NCBI GenBank assembly: GCA_963719225.1 | Contig: CAVRAY010000001.1 | Span: forward strand, 3,296,001-3,360,000 | DNA: 64,000 bases | Direction: 5' to 3' | Origin: Thermoanaerobaculia bacterium | GTDB lineage: Bacteria > Acidobacteriota > Thermoanaerobaculia > UBA5066 | In this document: positions 30,196 through 38,930 of the stretch, one piece after another | Numbering within the stretch: position 1 is the stretch's first letter | Layout of the letters: every line of letters starts with the position of its first letter | Made by a program: the position numbers and the translations under genes | Notes under the pieces: model-generated | Database searches by the model: none | What the model was told of the DNA's origin: nothing | The model's input: only the letters and a program-made list of their open reading frames with translations

Positions 30196-30498
30196 CTACC
30201 GCCCGTACGCGGAATCGTGATCGGGATGCAAGGAAATGAAGCGGAGGAAATCGCCATCACGGAACGCGAGTGCACGGACCTTCTGACTCAGCCGCAACGA
30301 GTAGGCGCCGGCACCGTTAGGCGCCTCTAGGTGCTTGATCTCCTCCCAACGGAAGCCCGTGTGCCGATAGACCGCGCTCCAGTCCAGCTCGCGTAGACGA
30401 CGCAGAGACGACACGACCTGCTTCAGCTCCGCCATTTCAAGACGAAGGAAGACATCTTGAAACACTGGGCTGTTGAGGTCGAGTCGGACCCGTCTAGC
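30196..30498 (-). pseudogene. 3' part of a putative RelE-like toxin gene, separated from its start by IS481
   Basis: Reads ARRVRLDLNSPVFQ...YSLRLSQKVRA...SLHPDHDSAY; joins in frame to the GTG at 31539 once the IS and one target copy are removed. Confidence 0.72.
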
Positions 30499-31521
30499 TG
30501 TAAAGGCTCAGGAGGTTGTTCACCCGGGTTAACCGGTGGAATGCTGTTGGTGCGAGCAGCAGGACCCCATCGGAAAGGACCCGGATGAACGCCCATAGCA
30601 GAGCAAAGACGAACCCCCGAAGTCGAGAGCTATTAGTCGACAGAGTAAAGGCCGAGGGCTGGAGCCGCCGGAAGGCGGCGGAAGCCCTTGGCCTTAGCGT
30701 CAGGACTGCCGCCAAGTGGCTCAAGCGTTTCCGAGAGGAGGGCGCTTTAGGGCTGCTGGATCGGTCGAGTCGGCCGCGAAGCTCGCCCCGCCGCACTCCC
30801 GAGAATCTTCGAAGGCGAGCCCTCGAGCTCAGGCTGAAGCGTCTTACCGGGCGTGAGATTTCCGAAACGATGGGGCTTCCGCGGGCCACCGTGAGTCGGA
30901 TTCTTCGAATGGCCGGGCTGGGGCGCCTGCGCTCACTCGAGCCGCCCGAGCCACCGAATCGTTACGAGCTCCCGAACCCGGGAGACCTTCTGCACATTGA
31001 CATCAAGAAGCTCGCCCGCATCGTCGGAGGCCCCGGCCATCGCATTCACGGCGACCGCACCAAGCGGAAACGCCGCGTCGGCTATGAACACATCTATGTC
31101 TGCATCGACGACCATTCCCGGCTGAGCTACGTCGAGCCGCTGAAAGCGGAGGACAAACAGACGGCCACCGGTTTTCTCGAGCGTGCCATCGCCTGGTACC
31201 GCGCCTCAGGCATCCAGCCCCGACGACTCCTCACCGACAACGGCAAGGTCTTTACCTCAGGCACTTTCAATGAAGTCCTCGACAGGGCCTCGATTCGCCA
31301 CGGCTTTACTCGCCGCTACCGCCCGCGCACCAACGGCAAGGCCGAGCGCTTCATCCAGACCATGCTCAGGGAGTGGGCCTATCGCCGCTCTTACTCTTCC
31401 TCAGCAAAGCGCCGTCACGCCCTGCCGCGATGGCTGCACTACTACAATTTCCATCGCCAGCACTCCTCACTCGGAGGTAAACCACCGGTGTCCAGAGTGA
31501 ACAACCTGTTTAGCCCCGACA
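30499..31521 (+). mobile_element. IS481-family insertion sequence
   Basis: TGT...ACA ends; imperfect 25-bp IRs (TGTAAAGGCTCAGGAGGTTGTTCAC / TGTCGGGGCTAAACAGGTTGTTCAC); 6-bp target duplication TCTAGC at 30493-30498 and 31522-31527. Confidence 0.96.
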
Positions 31522-31526
31522 TCTAG
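30585..31526 (+). CDS. IS481-family DDE transposase
   Basis: HTH, DRSSRP, LHIDIKK, IDDHSR, TDNG, TNGKAERF, YN..R.HSSL; its stop TAG comes from the target duplication. Confidence 0.96.
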   Translation: MNAHSRAKTNPRSRELLVDRVKAEGWSRRKAAEALGLSVRTAAKWLKRFREEGALGLLDRSSRPRSSPRRTPENLRRRALELRLKRLTGREISETMGLPRATVSRILRMAGLGRLRSLEPPEPPNRYELPNPGDLLHIDIKKLARIVGGPGHRIHGDRTKRKRRVGYEHIYVCIDDHSRLSYVEPLKAEDKQTATGFLERAIAWYRASGIQPRRLLTDNGKVFTSGTFNEVLDRASIRHGFTRRYRPRTNGKAERFIQTMLREWAYRRSYSSSAKRRHALPRWLHYYNFHRQHSSLGGKPPVSRVNNLFSPDI

Positions 31527-31822
31527 CGCCTGCGGCCACGCGACCGGCTCGCGCCTTTCGATGGCCGGACCTGGAGGCTATCTACGTCAGTTTCCTTCGG
31601 AGCCGTCGTCGAGGCCCACGCGAGACCGCGCGCGATTCGCGAGCGATCAGGCTCCTGCAGCGTCCAGAGCTGGCTCTCGGGCACCACCGCCACAGCCGTC
31701 AGGATGATGGTCCCATCCCGACGATGATCGACGCGGAGAGCCTTTCCCGCATACGTCTTGCCGAGCGAGATCTGCCCGCTCTTCCCGACGACCTTGATCT
31801 CGGAACCACTGACTTGAGGCAT
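31523..31822 (-). CDS. Putative AbrB-like antitoxin
   Basis: IKVVGKSGQISLGK swapped-hairpin-like N-terminus; 99 aa; overlaps the reconstructed toxin start. Confidence 0.68.
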   Translation of the reverse strand: MPQVSGSEIKVVGKSGQISLGKTYAGKALRVDHRRDGTIILTAVAVVPESQLWTLQEPDRSRIARGLAWASTTAPKETDVDSLQVRPSKGASRSRGRRR

Positions 31823-32047
31823 CCCATTCTCCTGCCATCATGCTATCATGCGCTCCCGAAAGCGGTCGAGGGACGGATCTGACCGCTGCCTTCAGCTCCG
31901 AGGGTTTTACCTTCACCCCGGACGGCGAAGTCATCCCGCTGCTTCAGGGAGCGCCGTGCGCTTTCCAGCCTTGGTTTTCGGGCGTTTCATCGGCGTCCTC
32001 CCTGCATGCCGTATCACTGTACGTCTCGCCGAGGAGGGGATCTAAAG

Positions 32048-32123
<76 letters not shown>

Positions 32124-32211
32124 ACGACGGAGGGACGCGAAAGGTAGCACCCGGCCGACGTGGGGTCAAACGAGCGCAGTGAAGGTAGGATTCCCGCCCG
32201 AGGAGGCGCCG

Positions 32212-33087
32212 ATGCGTTGGAACGAAGGCGGCGGGGTCAGTCCTGACATCGAGGATCGGCGCGGCGAGGGCGGAGGATTCGGGTTCGGCGGCGGAGGTTT
32301 CCGCCTCGGGTGCGGCGGCATCATCCTTCTCGCGATCCTCAGTCTCGTCTTCCGGAAGAACTTCTTCGCTCTTCTCGACGGCGGCTCGGGCAGCCCCCCC
32401 GCCGCCGACGTCACGCACTCCGGGCCGCCCGTCTCGCAGTCGGCCGAAGACCAGCAGCGCGTGAAGTTCATCTCGTTCGTCATCGACGACGTCCAACGCA
32501 CCTGGGAAAAGGAGTTCCCGAAGCTCGGCGGCACGTACCGGCACGCGAAGCTCGTTCTCTTCCGCGACGCGACGCGCTCCGGCTGCGGATTCGCCGAGGC
32601 GACGAGCGGCCCGTTCTATTGTCCCGCGGATCAGAAGGTTTATCTCGATCTTGGCTTCTTCGACGAACTGCGCTCGCGCTTCGGGGTTTCGGGAGAGTTC
32701 GCCGAGGCCTACGTCATCGCGCACGAGTTCGGCCACCACGTTCAGACTCTCCTCGGACTCGACGAAAAGGTCCGACGCGCCCAGGCGGAACGGCCGTCGA
32801 TCAGGAGCGAGCTTTCGGTCCGCATGGAGCTCCAGGCCGACTGCCTCGCCGGGGTCTGGGGACACTCGACCGGCGAGCGGAACATTCTCGAAAAGGGAGA
32901 CGTCGAGTCGGGTCTCGCGGCCGCGGCGGCCGTCGGAGACGACCGGTTGCAGAGAGCCGCGACCGGACGTGTGAATCCCGAGACGTGGACCCATGGCTCC
33001 TCGAAGGAGCGCACGGAGTGGTTCACGCGAGGGTTCCAGACGGGTCAGGTGTCCGCCTGCGACACCTTCGCCCGCGGCTCACGCTGA
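32212..33087 (+). CDS. Neutral zinc metallopeptidase (YpfJ-like)
   Basis: IEDRRG, GPFYCPAD, AHEFGHH, ELQADC.AG, THGSS. Confidence 0.92.
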   Translation: MRWNEGGGVSPDIEDRRGEGGGFGFGGGGFRLGCGGIILLAILSLVFRKNFFALLDGGSGSPPAADVTHSGPPVSQSAEDQQRVKFISFVIDDVQRTWEKEFPKLGGTYRHAKLVLFRDATRSGCGFAEATSGPFYCPADQKVYLDLGFFDELRSRFGVSGEFAEAYVIAHEFGHHVQTLLGLDEKVRRAQAERPSIRSELSVRMELQADCLAGVWGHSTGERNILEKGDVESGLAAAAAVGDDRLQRAATGRVNPETWTHGSSKERTEWFTRGFQTGQVSACDTFARGSR

Positions 33088-33104
33088 CGCCGGTCCCTTC
33101 CGCC

Positions 33105-35057
33105 TCAGAGCTTGAAGCTCGCGAAAACCCTCCACTCGGACTGCGTCTTGCGCGCCTCGAAGAAGCCGGTGTACGTCGTCTTGCGGCTGTACCACGCATA
33201 TCCGGCCCCGATCCCGAAGCTTCGAATGACGGGGAGCCGCAGGCCGACGTTGAAGAACTGCAGTGTGTTCCTGTCCGAGCTTCCGTCCACGGTGCGAGCC
33301 CAGGCGATCGTATAGTTCGCGAACGCCCCTCCGCCCGCTTCGAGGTCGAGGCGCCCTCCGACGCGCACGCCGGCTCCGGGCGCGAAGTCGTAGGTGCGGC
33401 CGGTCGCTGGGTCGGCGAAGTCGGTGGTCTGGATCCCGGCGAGCGGGTATGCCACGAGCCTGACGTCGCTCGTCGCGACGATCTTCGGCTGAAAGACGTA
33501 TCGCGAGGTCAGTCCCAGGCTCAGCGACTGGGCGCCGAAAACCTGCGATTCGTTGGAGAAGTACTCGTACTCCTGGTAGAGGCCGAGCACGTGGCGCACG
33601 CGGGCGGCCGGGTCGCTCAGCTCGCCCGCTTTCAGGGCGCCTCTTCCCTCGACGCGCGCGATCACATCCCGGCTCGAGTTGAGGTCGATCTCGACCGAGA
33701 AGGAGTCGAAAGGCTTCCGGATGTCGCCGGCGAAGGGGTCGCCGGATGCCGCGCTCAGGCTGACGGTGAAGGCATTCGCGTCGGAAGGGCCGTTGTTGAA
33801 CTTCCGATAGCCGACGTCACCGGCCGCCCGGAAGCCCTTCGGGAAACGCTCGTCCGGGTTGGGCGAGGCGCCCGTCGTCTCCCCGCGGAGCAGCCGGTTC
33901 AGGCCGCCGACCGGATCGACGACCCCGCCCGCGAGCTCGCGCCAGAAACGGTTTGCGCCGCTCGCCGTGTTGTCCCGGATCATCACCGCGACGCGGTGGG
34001 TGATCTCGCCGAGAGCCATGCCGCCGAGCGTCGTGTTCACGAGGTCGTTGATCGAGGGACGCGTGTTCTCCATGCAGCATTCCCAGACGAAGCTTCCGAC
34101 GAGGGCGAATCCCGCCGATTGCCAGAAGGTGAATCCGTTCGACCGGGCCGCGTTGAAGTAGAGGCCCCCGTGGTACGGGTGCGCCGCCTGATTCGTACGG
34201 AAAACGTCCCGGTCGAATCCGAATCCGTTCCGGAAGTTCTCGCGGACCGAGTGAAGAGAGATGACCGCGAAGTCCTCCCGCGTGACGTATCGGTCGAAGG
34301 CCCAGGGAACGAGCTCCACGAGCGCCAATTCGCCGGCAGCAGCCCAGAAGCGTTTCGACGCCGGCCAGTCCGCGGCCGTCGTCGGCGGCACGGCGGGCGC
34401 CGCTTCGCGGGTTCCGTCGGGCGCGACGTTTCCGAAGCGATACGAGAGCCCCCCGGTGATCTCGGCGCTCGACGTGAGGCCGGTGCTGAAGCCGTAGCAG
34501 CCCGCGGGGCCGCAGACGAGCGCGCTCCGGGATGATTCTCTGAACCGATACCGGGCGTCGGCTCGAAGCACGACGTTCTCGCCGAGGGCGAGCTTCCCTC
34601 CGAGGGCGATGTTCGCCGAGAAGCGGGTTTGAACTTCGTTCGCGACCCCGCCCACGTCGGGGTGCAGGGTCATCGCACCCGCACCGAGGCCGAGGTAGCC
34701 CCGCGCGGCGCCGCGGCCGAACCCGAAGAGGCTGTCGAGCTCGTACGTGGTGATGTCGATCCGCGCCGAGGGTGTTCGAGGCTCTCCGGAAACTGCGTCG
34801 AGCGTGTCGAGCTTGCCGCGCGTGCGCGAGAATGCCGCCTCGAGGCTGAAAGAACGGCTGACCTCGTACGCCCCTCGTAAACCATAAGTGAACGAGCGGC
34901 CGATCCGGACGTCCGACGACGGGTCGAGAAAGATCCGGGTCCCGAAGGAACCACCGCCGAAGAGGCCGAATTCCCACCGCCCTGCACTCTGCGCGCGCGA
35001 AGGCCCCGCAACGATCAGGGCCAGCGGCAGGACGACGAGGCTGGCGGTACGCTTGAT
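33105..35057 (-). CDS. Outer-membrane beta-barrel fused to a DUF3943-like domain
   Basis: N-terminal OmpA-like 8-strand barrel ending GLSYRF; then FDRD.F.TNQ..HPYHG..YFN.AR..G...WE...E...PS.ND; start uncertain. Confidence 0.72.
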   Translation of the reverse strand: MKRTASLVVLPLALIVAGPSRAQSAGRWEFGLFGGGSFGTRIFLDPSSDVRIGRSFTYGLRGAYEVSRSFSLEAAFSRTRGKLDTLDAVSGEPRTPSARIDITTYELDSLFGFGRGAARGYLGLGAGAMTLHPDVGGVANEVQTRFSANIALGGKLALGENVVLRADARYRFRESSRSALVCGPAGCYGFSTGLTSSAEITGGLSYRFGNVAPDGTREAAPAVPPTTAADWPASKRFWAAAGELALVELVPWAFDRYVTREDFAVISLHSVRENFRNGFGFDRDVFRTNQAAHPYHGGLYFNAARSNGFTFWQSAGFALVGSFVWECCMENTRPSINDLVNTTLGGMALGEITHRVAVMIRDNTASGANRFWRELAGGVVDPVGGLNRLLRGETTGASPNPDERFPKGFRAAGDVGYRKFNNGPSDANAFTVSLSAASGDPFAGDIRKPFDSFSVEIDLNSSRDVIARVEGRGALKAGELSDPAARVRHVLGLYQEYEYFSNESQVFGAQSLSLGLTSRYVFQPKIVATSDVRLVAYPLAGIQTTDFADPATGRTYDFAPGAGVRVGGRLDLEAGGGAFANYTIAWARTVDGSSDRNTLQFFNVGLRLPVIRSFGIGAGYAWYSRKTTYTGFFEARKTQSEWRVFASFKL

Positions 35058-35141
35058 GTTTGCCCCTTCGAGAAGAAAACGTGACGAGAGCTCCGAGGCT
35101 CGGCAGGGTACGTTTCTTGCTAAAGCCATGCCATGAAAAGG

Positions 35142-36062
35142 ATGCGAAAAAAGTCCGTTGTTGTTCGCGGAGTGATCGTCTGTGCGGCGCTCTGTATGGC
35201 GGCATCGACGGCGCACGGTCAGGAGCCGCCGGTTCCCGAGACGGCGCCTCCACCGACAGCGACCGAGGAACCAGCAGCGACCGAGGAACCGAAGCCGGAA
35301 CCCGCCCCGCCCGTCGCGCCTCCCGGCTTCCCGAAGATGGTGCTGCTCGACGTGCGTCACGTCATGCTCGAGCCGTTCCACTGGGAGGGACGCCAGTGGC
35401 TTCTTTTCGCTGGGTACACGGCGGCGGTCGCGGCAGCGAGCCCGGCCGATAGAACGTTGAGCAATCGGGCGCGCGCGAGCGATTACTCGTTCGGTACCGT
35501 CGGAGACACGTTCGAGGGGCTCGGCGACGCCCGCTCTTTCGTCCTCCTTGCCGGGTTCTACGGCGCGGGACTGATCGGGCACGACTCGAAGGCGAAGAAC
35601 GTCTGTCTCGATGGCCTCGCCTCGAGCCTCATCGCCTCGATCCTCATCACGCCGGTCATCTCCACGGCCGTCGGCCGCGAGCGTCCGACGGCCGAAGAGG
35701 GAGCCTACAGCTTCCGACCTTTCAACGGACGCTCCTTCCCTTCGGGCCACGCGACGCAGGTCTTCGCCGTCGTCTCGGTCATCGCCACGCACTACGACCA
35801 GTTCTGGGTCAAGGCGCTCGCGTACACGGCGGGGATCGCGGGGAGCTGGCCGCGGCTGCGACGAGGAAAGCACTTCCCGACCGATCTCCTCGCCGGAGCG
35901 ATCATCGGGACGGCGGTCGGACGCAGCGTCGTCCACTACAACGACAAGCTTCGTTCGGGCGAAGTCGAGGCGACGCGCCGCCGGGACGAGGGAGTCCGGC
36001 TGACGGTCTTTCCTCTCGTGCAAGGAGACGGGATCGGCCTGACGGGGACCCTTCGCTTCTGA
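35142..36062 (+). CDS. PAP2-family phosphatase-like exported/membrane protein
   Basis: GRERP, SFPSGHA, RL...KHFPTD...G. Confidence 0.85.
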   Translation: MRKKSVVVRGVIVCAALCMAASTAHGQEPPVPETAPPPTATEEPAATEEPKPEPAPPVAPPGFPKMVLLDVRHVMLEPFHWEGRQWLLFAGYTAAVAAASPADRTLSNRARASDYSFGTVGDTFEGLGDARSFVLLAGFYGAGLIGHDSKAKNVCLDGLASSLIASILITPVISTAVGRERPTAEEGAYSFRPFNGRSFPSGHATQVFAVVSVIATHYDQFWVKALAYTAGIAGSWPRLRRGKHFPTDLLAGAIIGTAVGRSVVHYNDKLRSGEVEATRRRDEGVRLTVFPLVQGDGIGLTGTLRF

Positions 36063-36132
36063 GGCGGCGTCTCCCCTGGGAAGCGGTAATCCCGGCAAGC
36101 CTCTTGCACGTCTCCTGAGCGGAGGTAGTCCC

Positions 36133-36663
36133 TTGAAGAAGAAGACACCCCTGCTCATCCCCGTTCTCGCCGTCCTGTTTCTCGCCGGCTGCTCGAGCAT
36201 CGAGACGCACGTCGACTACGACCGCGGCGTGAACTTCTCCTCGTACCACACGTTCGCTTTCAAGGACGTTCGCGAAACCCGGAATCCGATCGGTACGAAG
36301 CGGGTCCGCGGGGCCATCGTGAGGGCCCTGTCCTCGCGCGGATACGCGGAAGCTCCAGACGGCACGCCCGATCTCTGGGTCGTCCTGCACACGCGCACGC
36401 ACCGCCAGACGCAGGTCACGACCTGGAACACGGGCTGGGGCTGGGGCTGGCGCTGGCGCAGCCCGTACTGGACCTCGGCGCGTGTCGAGCAGATCCCGGT
36501 CGGCACGCTCATGGTCGACCTCGTCGACACGAAGGCCAAGGAGCTCGTCTGGCGCGGCAGCGCGTCGCGGGTCGTCGACCCCGACGAGTCGCCCCGGTCA
36601 CGCGAAGAGCATGTGCAGAAAGCCGTCGACAAGCTCTTCGAAGGCTTTCCTCCGAAGCGCTAG
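36133..36663 (+). CDS. DUF4136-family lipoprotein
   Basis: LAGC lipobox, DYD....FS.Y.TFAF, GTL.VD.VD...ELVWRG, FPP. Confidence 0.85.
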   Translation: MKKKTPLLIPVLAVLFLAGCSSIETHVDYDRGVNFSSYHTFAFKDVRETRNPIGTKRVRGAIVRALSSRGYAEAPDGTPDLWVVLHTRTHRQTQVTTWNTGWGWGWRWRSPYWTSARVEQIPVGTLMVDLVDTKAKELVWRGSASRVVDPDESPRSREEHVQKAVDKLFEGFPPKR

Positions 36664-38520
36664 TCAGAACGCCTTTTCGACCCCGGCGAGGAAGCGGCGT
36701 CCGGGCGCCGGAAAGCCGCTCGCCTCGGCATAGTCGCGCCCGAGAAGGTTCGTCACGCGGACGAACGGCGCGAGGTCGAGTGCGAGCGGCGGCAACGTCA
36801 GAGACGCGTCGACTCTCAGGTACGACGGGTTCTCGACGAGCCTCGTGAAGTCGGCCGCGTCCCGGTCGGGGCGCCTGCCGACCCACATCGCCGTCAGGCT
36901 CACGGCCCCTCCCGAGACGAACGTCGTCCCCCAGGTCGCCGAGGCGCGGTGCCGGGGGCGCCTGAGGAGGAACGTGTCCGCGTCGAGGTCCTTCGCGTCG
37001 AGGTAGGTGTACGACGCGCGCACGAAAGAACGCGCCCCGACGGGGCTCCGAAGAGCCACCTCGATCCCGCGCGTCCGCGCCCTGCCGACGTTCAGGTTCG
37101 TGAGGGTGGCGGCATCGAAGTCGATGAGATCCCTCAAATCGATCCAGAAGCCCGAGACTTCCGCGACGAGTGCCCCCGCGAGCGTCTTTTCCAGTCCCAG
37201 CTCGTAGCCGTTCGACTTCTCGGGCCGGAGCGACGGGTTCCCGGAGAACGGGTAATACAGCTCGCCCGTCGAAGGCGCGCGAAACGCGGACCCGGCCGCC
37301 GCGCGGAGCTTCCACGAGGGCGCGATGCGCCAGGCGACCGTCACACGCGGGCTCACGGCGCTGCCGAACGCGTTGTGGTCGTCCCGTCGGATCCCTCCCG
37401 TCACGACGAGCCGCTCGCCCGCGAGGGCGATGCGATCCTCGGCGAAAAGCGCGAACGTGCGGGTCGAAGCATCGTCGAGGGCGACTCCGAAGTTGCTCTC
37501 GTTCGAGACGAGCGTCCGTTCCCAGTCCGCGCCCGCGGCGATCCGGTGCGCGCCGAGAACCGAAGCGAAGACGAGCCGTGCCCCGGCGCGCCGCGCGTCC
37601 GTCGAGGACGATGAGAAGAAGGAGTCGGGGTCGGCGAACTGGGGCCTGTCGCGTATGTAGCGCACCGAGGCCTCGAGAGAGAGATTCTTAGAAAGTGAAA
37701 GAGAGAACGGGACTTCCAGAGCAGCCGTCTCGGCGGAGGTCGAGCGCTGAGGGGTGGGATGGGCCCCATCCGTCGGGACGCCGGTCCGGCCGGCCTCGCG
37801 GCGGAGCAAGACGCCGACAGACGTGCCCTCTCCGAGCTGCGCCGTCAGCGTGCCCGAGAGCGTCGTTCCGGAGAAGAACTCGTTCGTCTGATCGCCCCAG
37901 GAGAGTGTCCTTCGAAAGCCGAATGTCCCCGAAAACACACCTTCCAAGAAACGTATTTCTCCGAGGCTTTCCTTCGCGCTTCCGTTCCCCATCGCGAAAG
38001 AGACGTTTCCCTTCAGCCCCGCATCGGCGGACCTCTTCGTGAAGACCCGCACGACGCCCCCGATCGCCTCCGAGCCGTAGAGCGCCGAAAAGGGCCCGCG
38101 CACGATCTCCACGCGCTCGACGTTCGCGACGGACAAAGCCGAGAGGTCCGTTCCGCCGAAATACGGGCTGTTCAGCGCGACCCCGTCGACGAGAACGAGC
38201 GTCTGCGTGGAGCTCGTCCCACGCAGGAAAAGGGAGGTCACGGTCCCGGGGCCGCCGGACTGCACGACGTCGAGGCCCGGCACCGTGCGCAGGAGGTCGA
38301 GGACCGTCGTGGCTTTCGACGCCGCGATCTCGGCGGAATCGATCACCGTGGCGGCGACGCCGAGGGTCGCTGCGGTTTCCGGCTCGGTCTCGGCCGAGAC
38401 GACGACGTCGGCGGCCAGCTTCGTCGCGCTCCGGGGCGGCACGGGCTGGGCGAGGAGCTCTGGCGCGAGAGAGACGAACAGCGCGCATGACGACCGGAGA
38501 AGAAAGAGACGGGACACCAT
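36664..38520 (-). CDS. BtuB-like TonB-dependent cobalamin receptor
   Basis: Short plug plus barrel (ERVEIVRGP.SALYGS.AIGGVV), C-terminal Phe; cobalamin riboswitch upstream. Confidence 0.85.
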   Translation of the reverse strand: MVSRLFLLRSSCALFVSLAPELLAQPVPPRSATKLAADVVVSAETEPETAATLGVAATVIDSAEIAASKATTVLDLLRTVPGLDVVQSGGPGTVTSLFLRGTSSTQTLVLVDGVALNSPYFGGTDLSALSVANVERVEIVRGPFSALYGSEAIGGVVRVFTKRSADAGLKGNVSFAMGNGSAKESLGEIRFLEGVFSGTFGFRRTLSWGDQTNEFFSGTTLSGTLTAQLGEGTSVGVLLRREAGRTGVPTDGAHPTPQRSTSAETAALEVPFSLSLSKNLSLEASVRYIRDRPQFADPDSFFSSSSTDARRAGARLVFASVLGAHRIAAGADWERTLVSNESNFGVALDDASTRTFALFAEDRIALAGERLVVTGGIRRDDHNAFGSAVSPRVTVAWRIAPSWKLRAAAGSAFRAPSTGELYYPFSGNPSLRPEKSNGYELGLEKTLAGALVAEVSGFWIDLRDLIDFDAATLTNLNVGRARTRGIEVALRSPVGARSFVRASYTYLDAKDLDADTFLLRRPRHRASATWGTTFVSGGAVSLTAMWVGRRPDRDAADFTRLVENPSYLRVDASLTLPPLALDLAPFVRVTNLLGRDYAEASGFPAPGRRFLAGVEKAF

Positions 38521-38644
38521 GGAACACCTCCGTTCCGCCTGGCTCCGCCTTCCCATCGGAAAAGGCGGCGGCGTTTCCGGCAGGACACCGGAACAGCCGC
38601 GACTTCCCGAGCCCCGGAGAAGGCGTTGCGAAAAACGATGTCCT

Positions 38645-38830
38645 TCGAGCAGGTCTCCTGGCTCCCGGATCGTCCGCGCCCGGCCCCTTCCCGGCAGCGC
38701 AACCGGCCTCAAGGGACCGATCTCTCGCCGCCAGTGGATCTCGCCGGGCGCGTCCCCGGTCACAGTGGCGGGGGCCGCGCGGGAATCTCACCCGCTTCCC
38801 TCTTCGCGTGACGCGCGCACGGGCGCTCAC
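38645..38830 (-). promoter_or_regulatory. Cobalamin riboswitch
   Basis: Minus strand: AAGAGGGAA..GGTGAGATTCC..CCCCCGCCACTGTGA...CCACTG...GGGAAGG...GAGCCAGGAGACCTGC (B12 box); ends approximate. Confidence 0.93.
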
Positions 38831-38930
38831 GTTCGCCCCCCGGAGGTCGAAAACTTTCAGGGGACTCGAGGACGATGAAAAGAACTGATGAAACCTTATC
38901 ACGCAGCCGACGCCGCGCGCGGCATTCGCT

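Noticed and set aside
35257-35290. 18-bp-period tandem repeat CAGCGACCGAGGAACC
   Set aside because: Only two copies, encoding an ATEEP low-complexity linker
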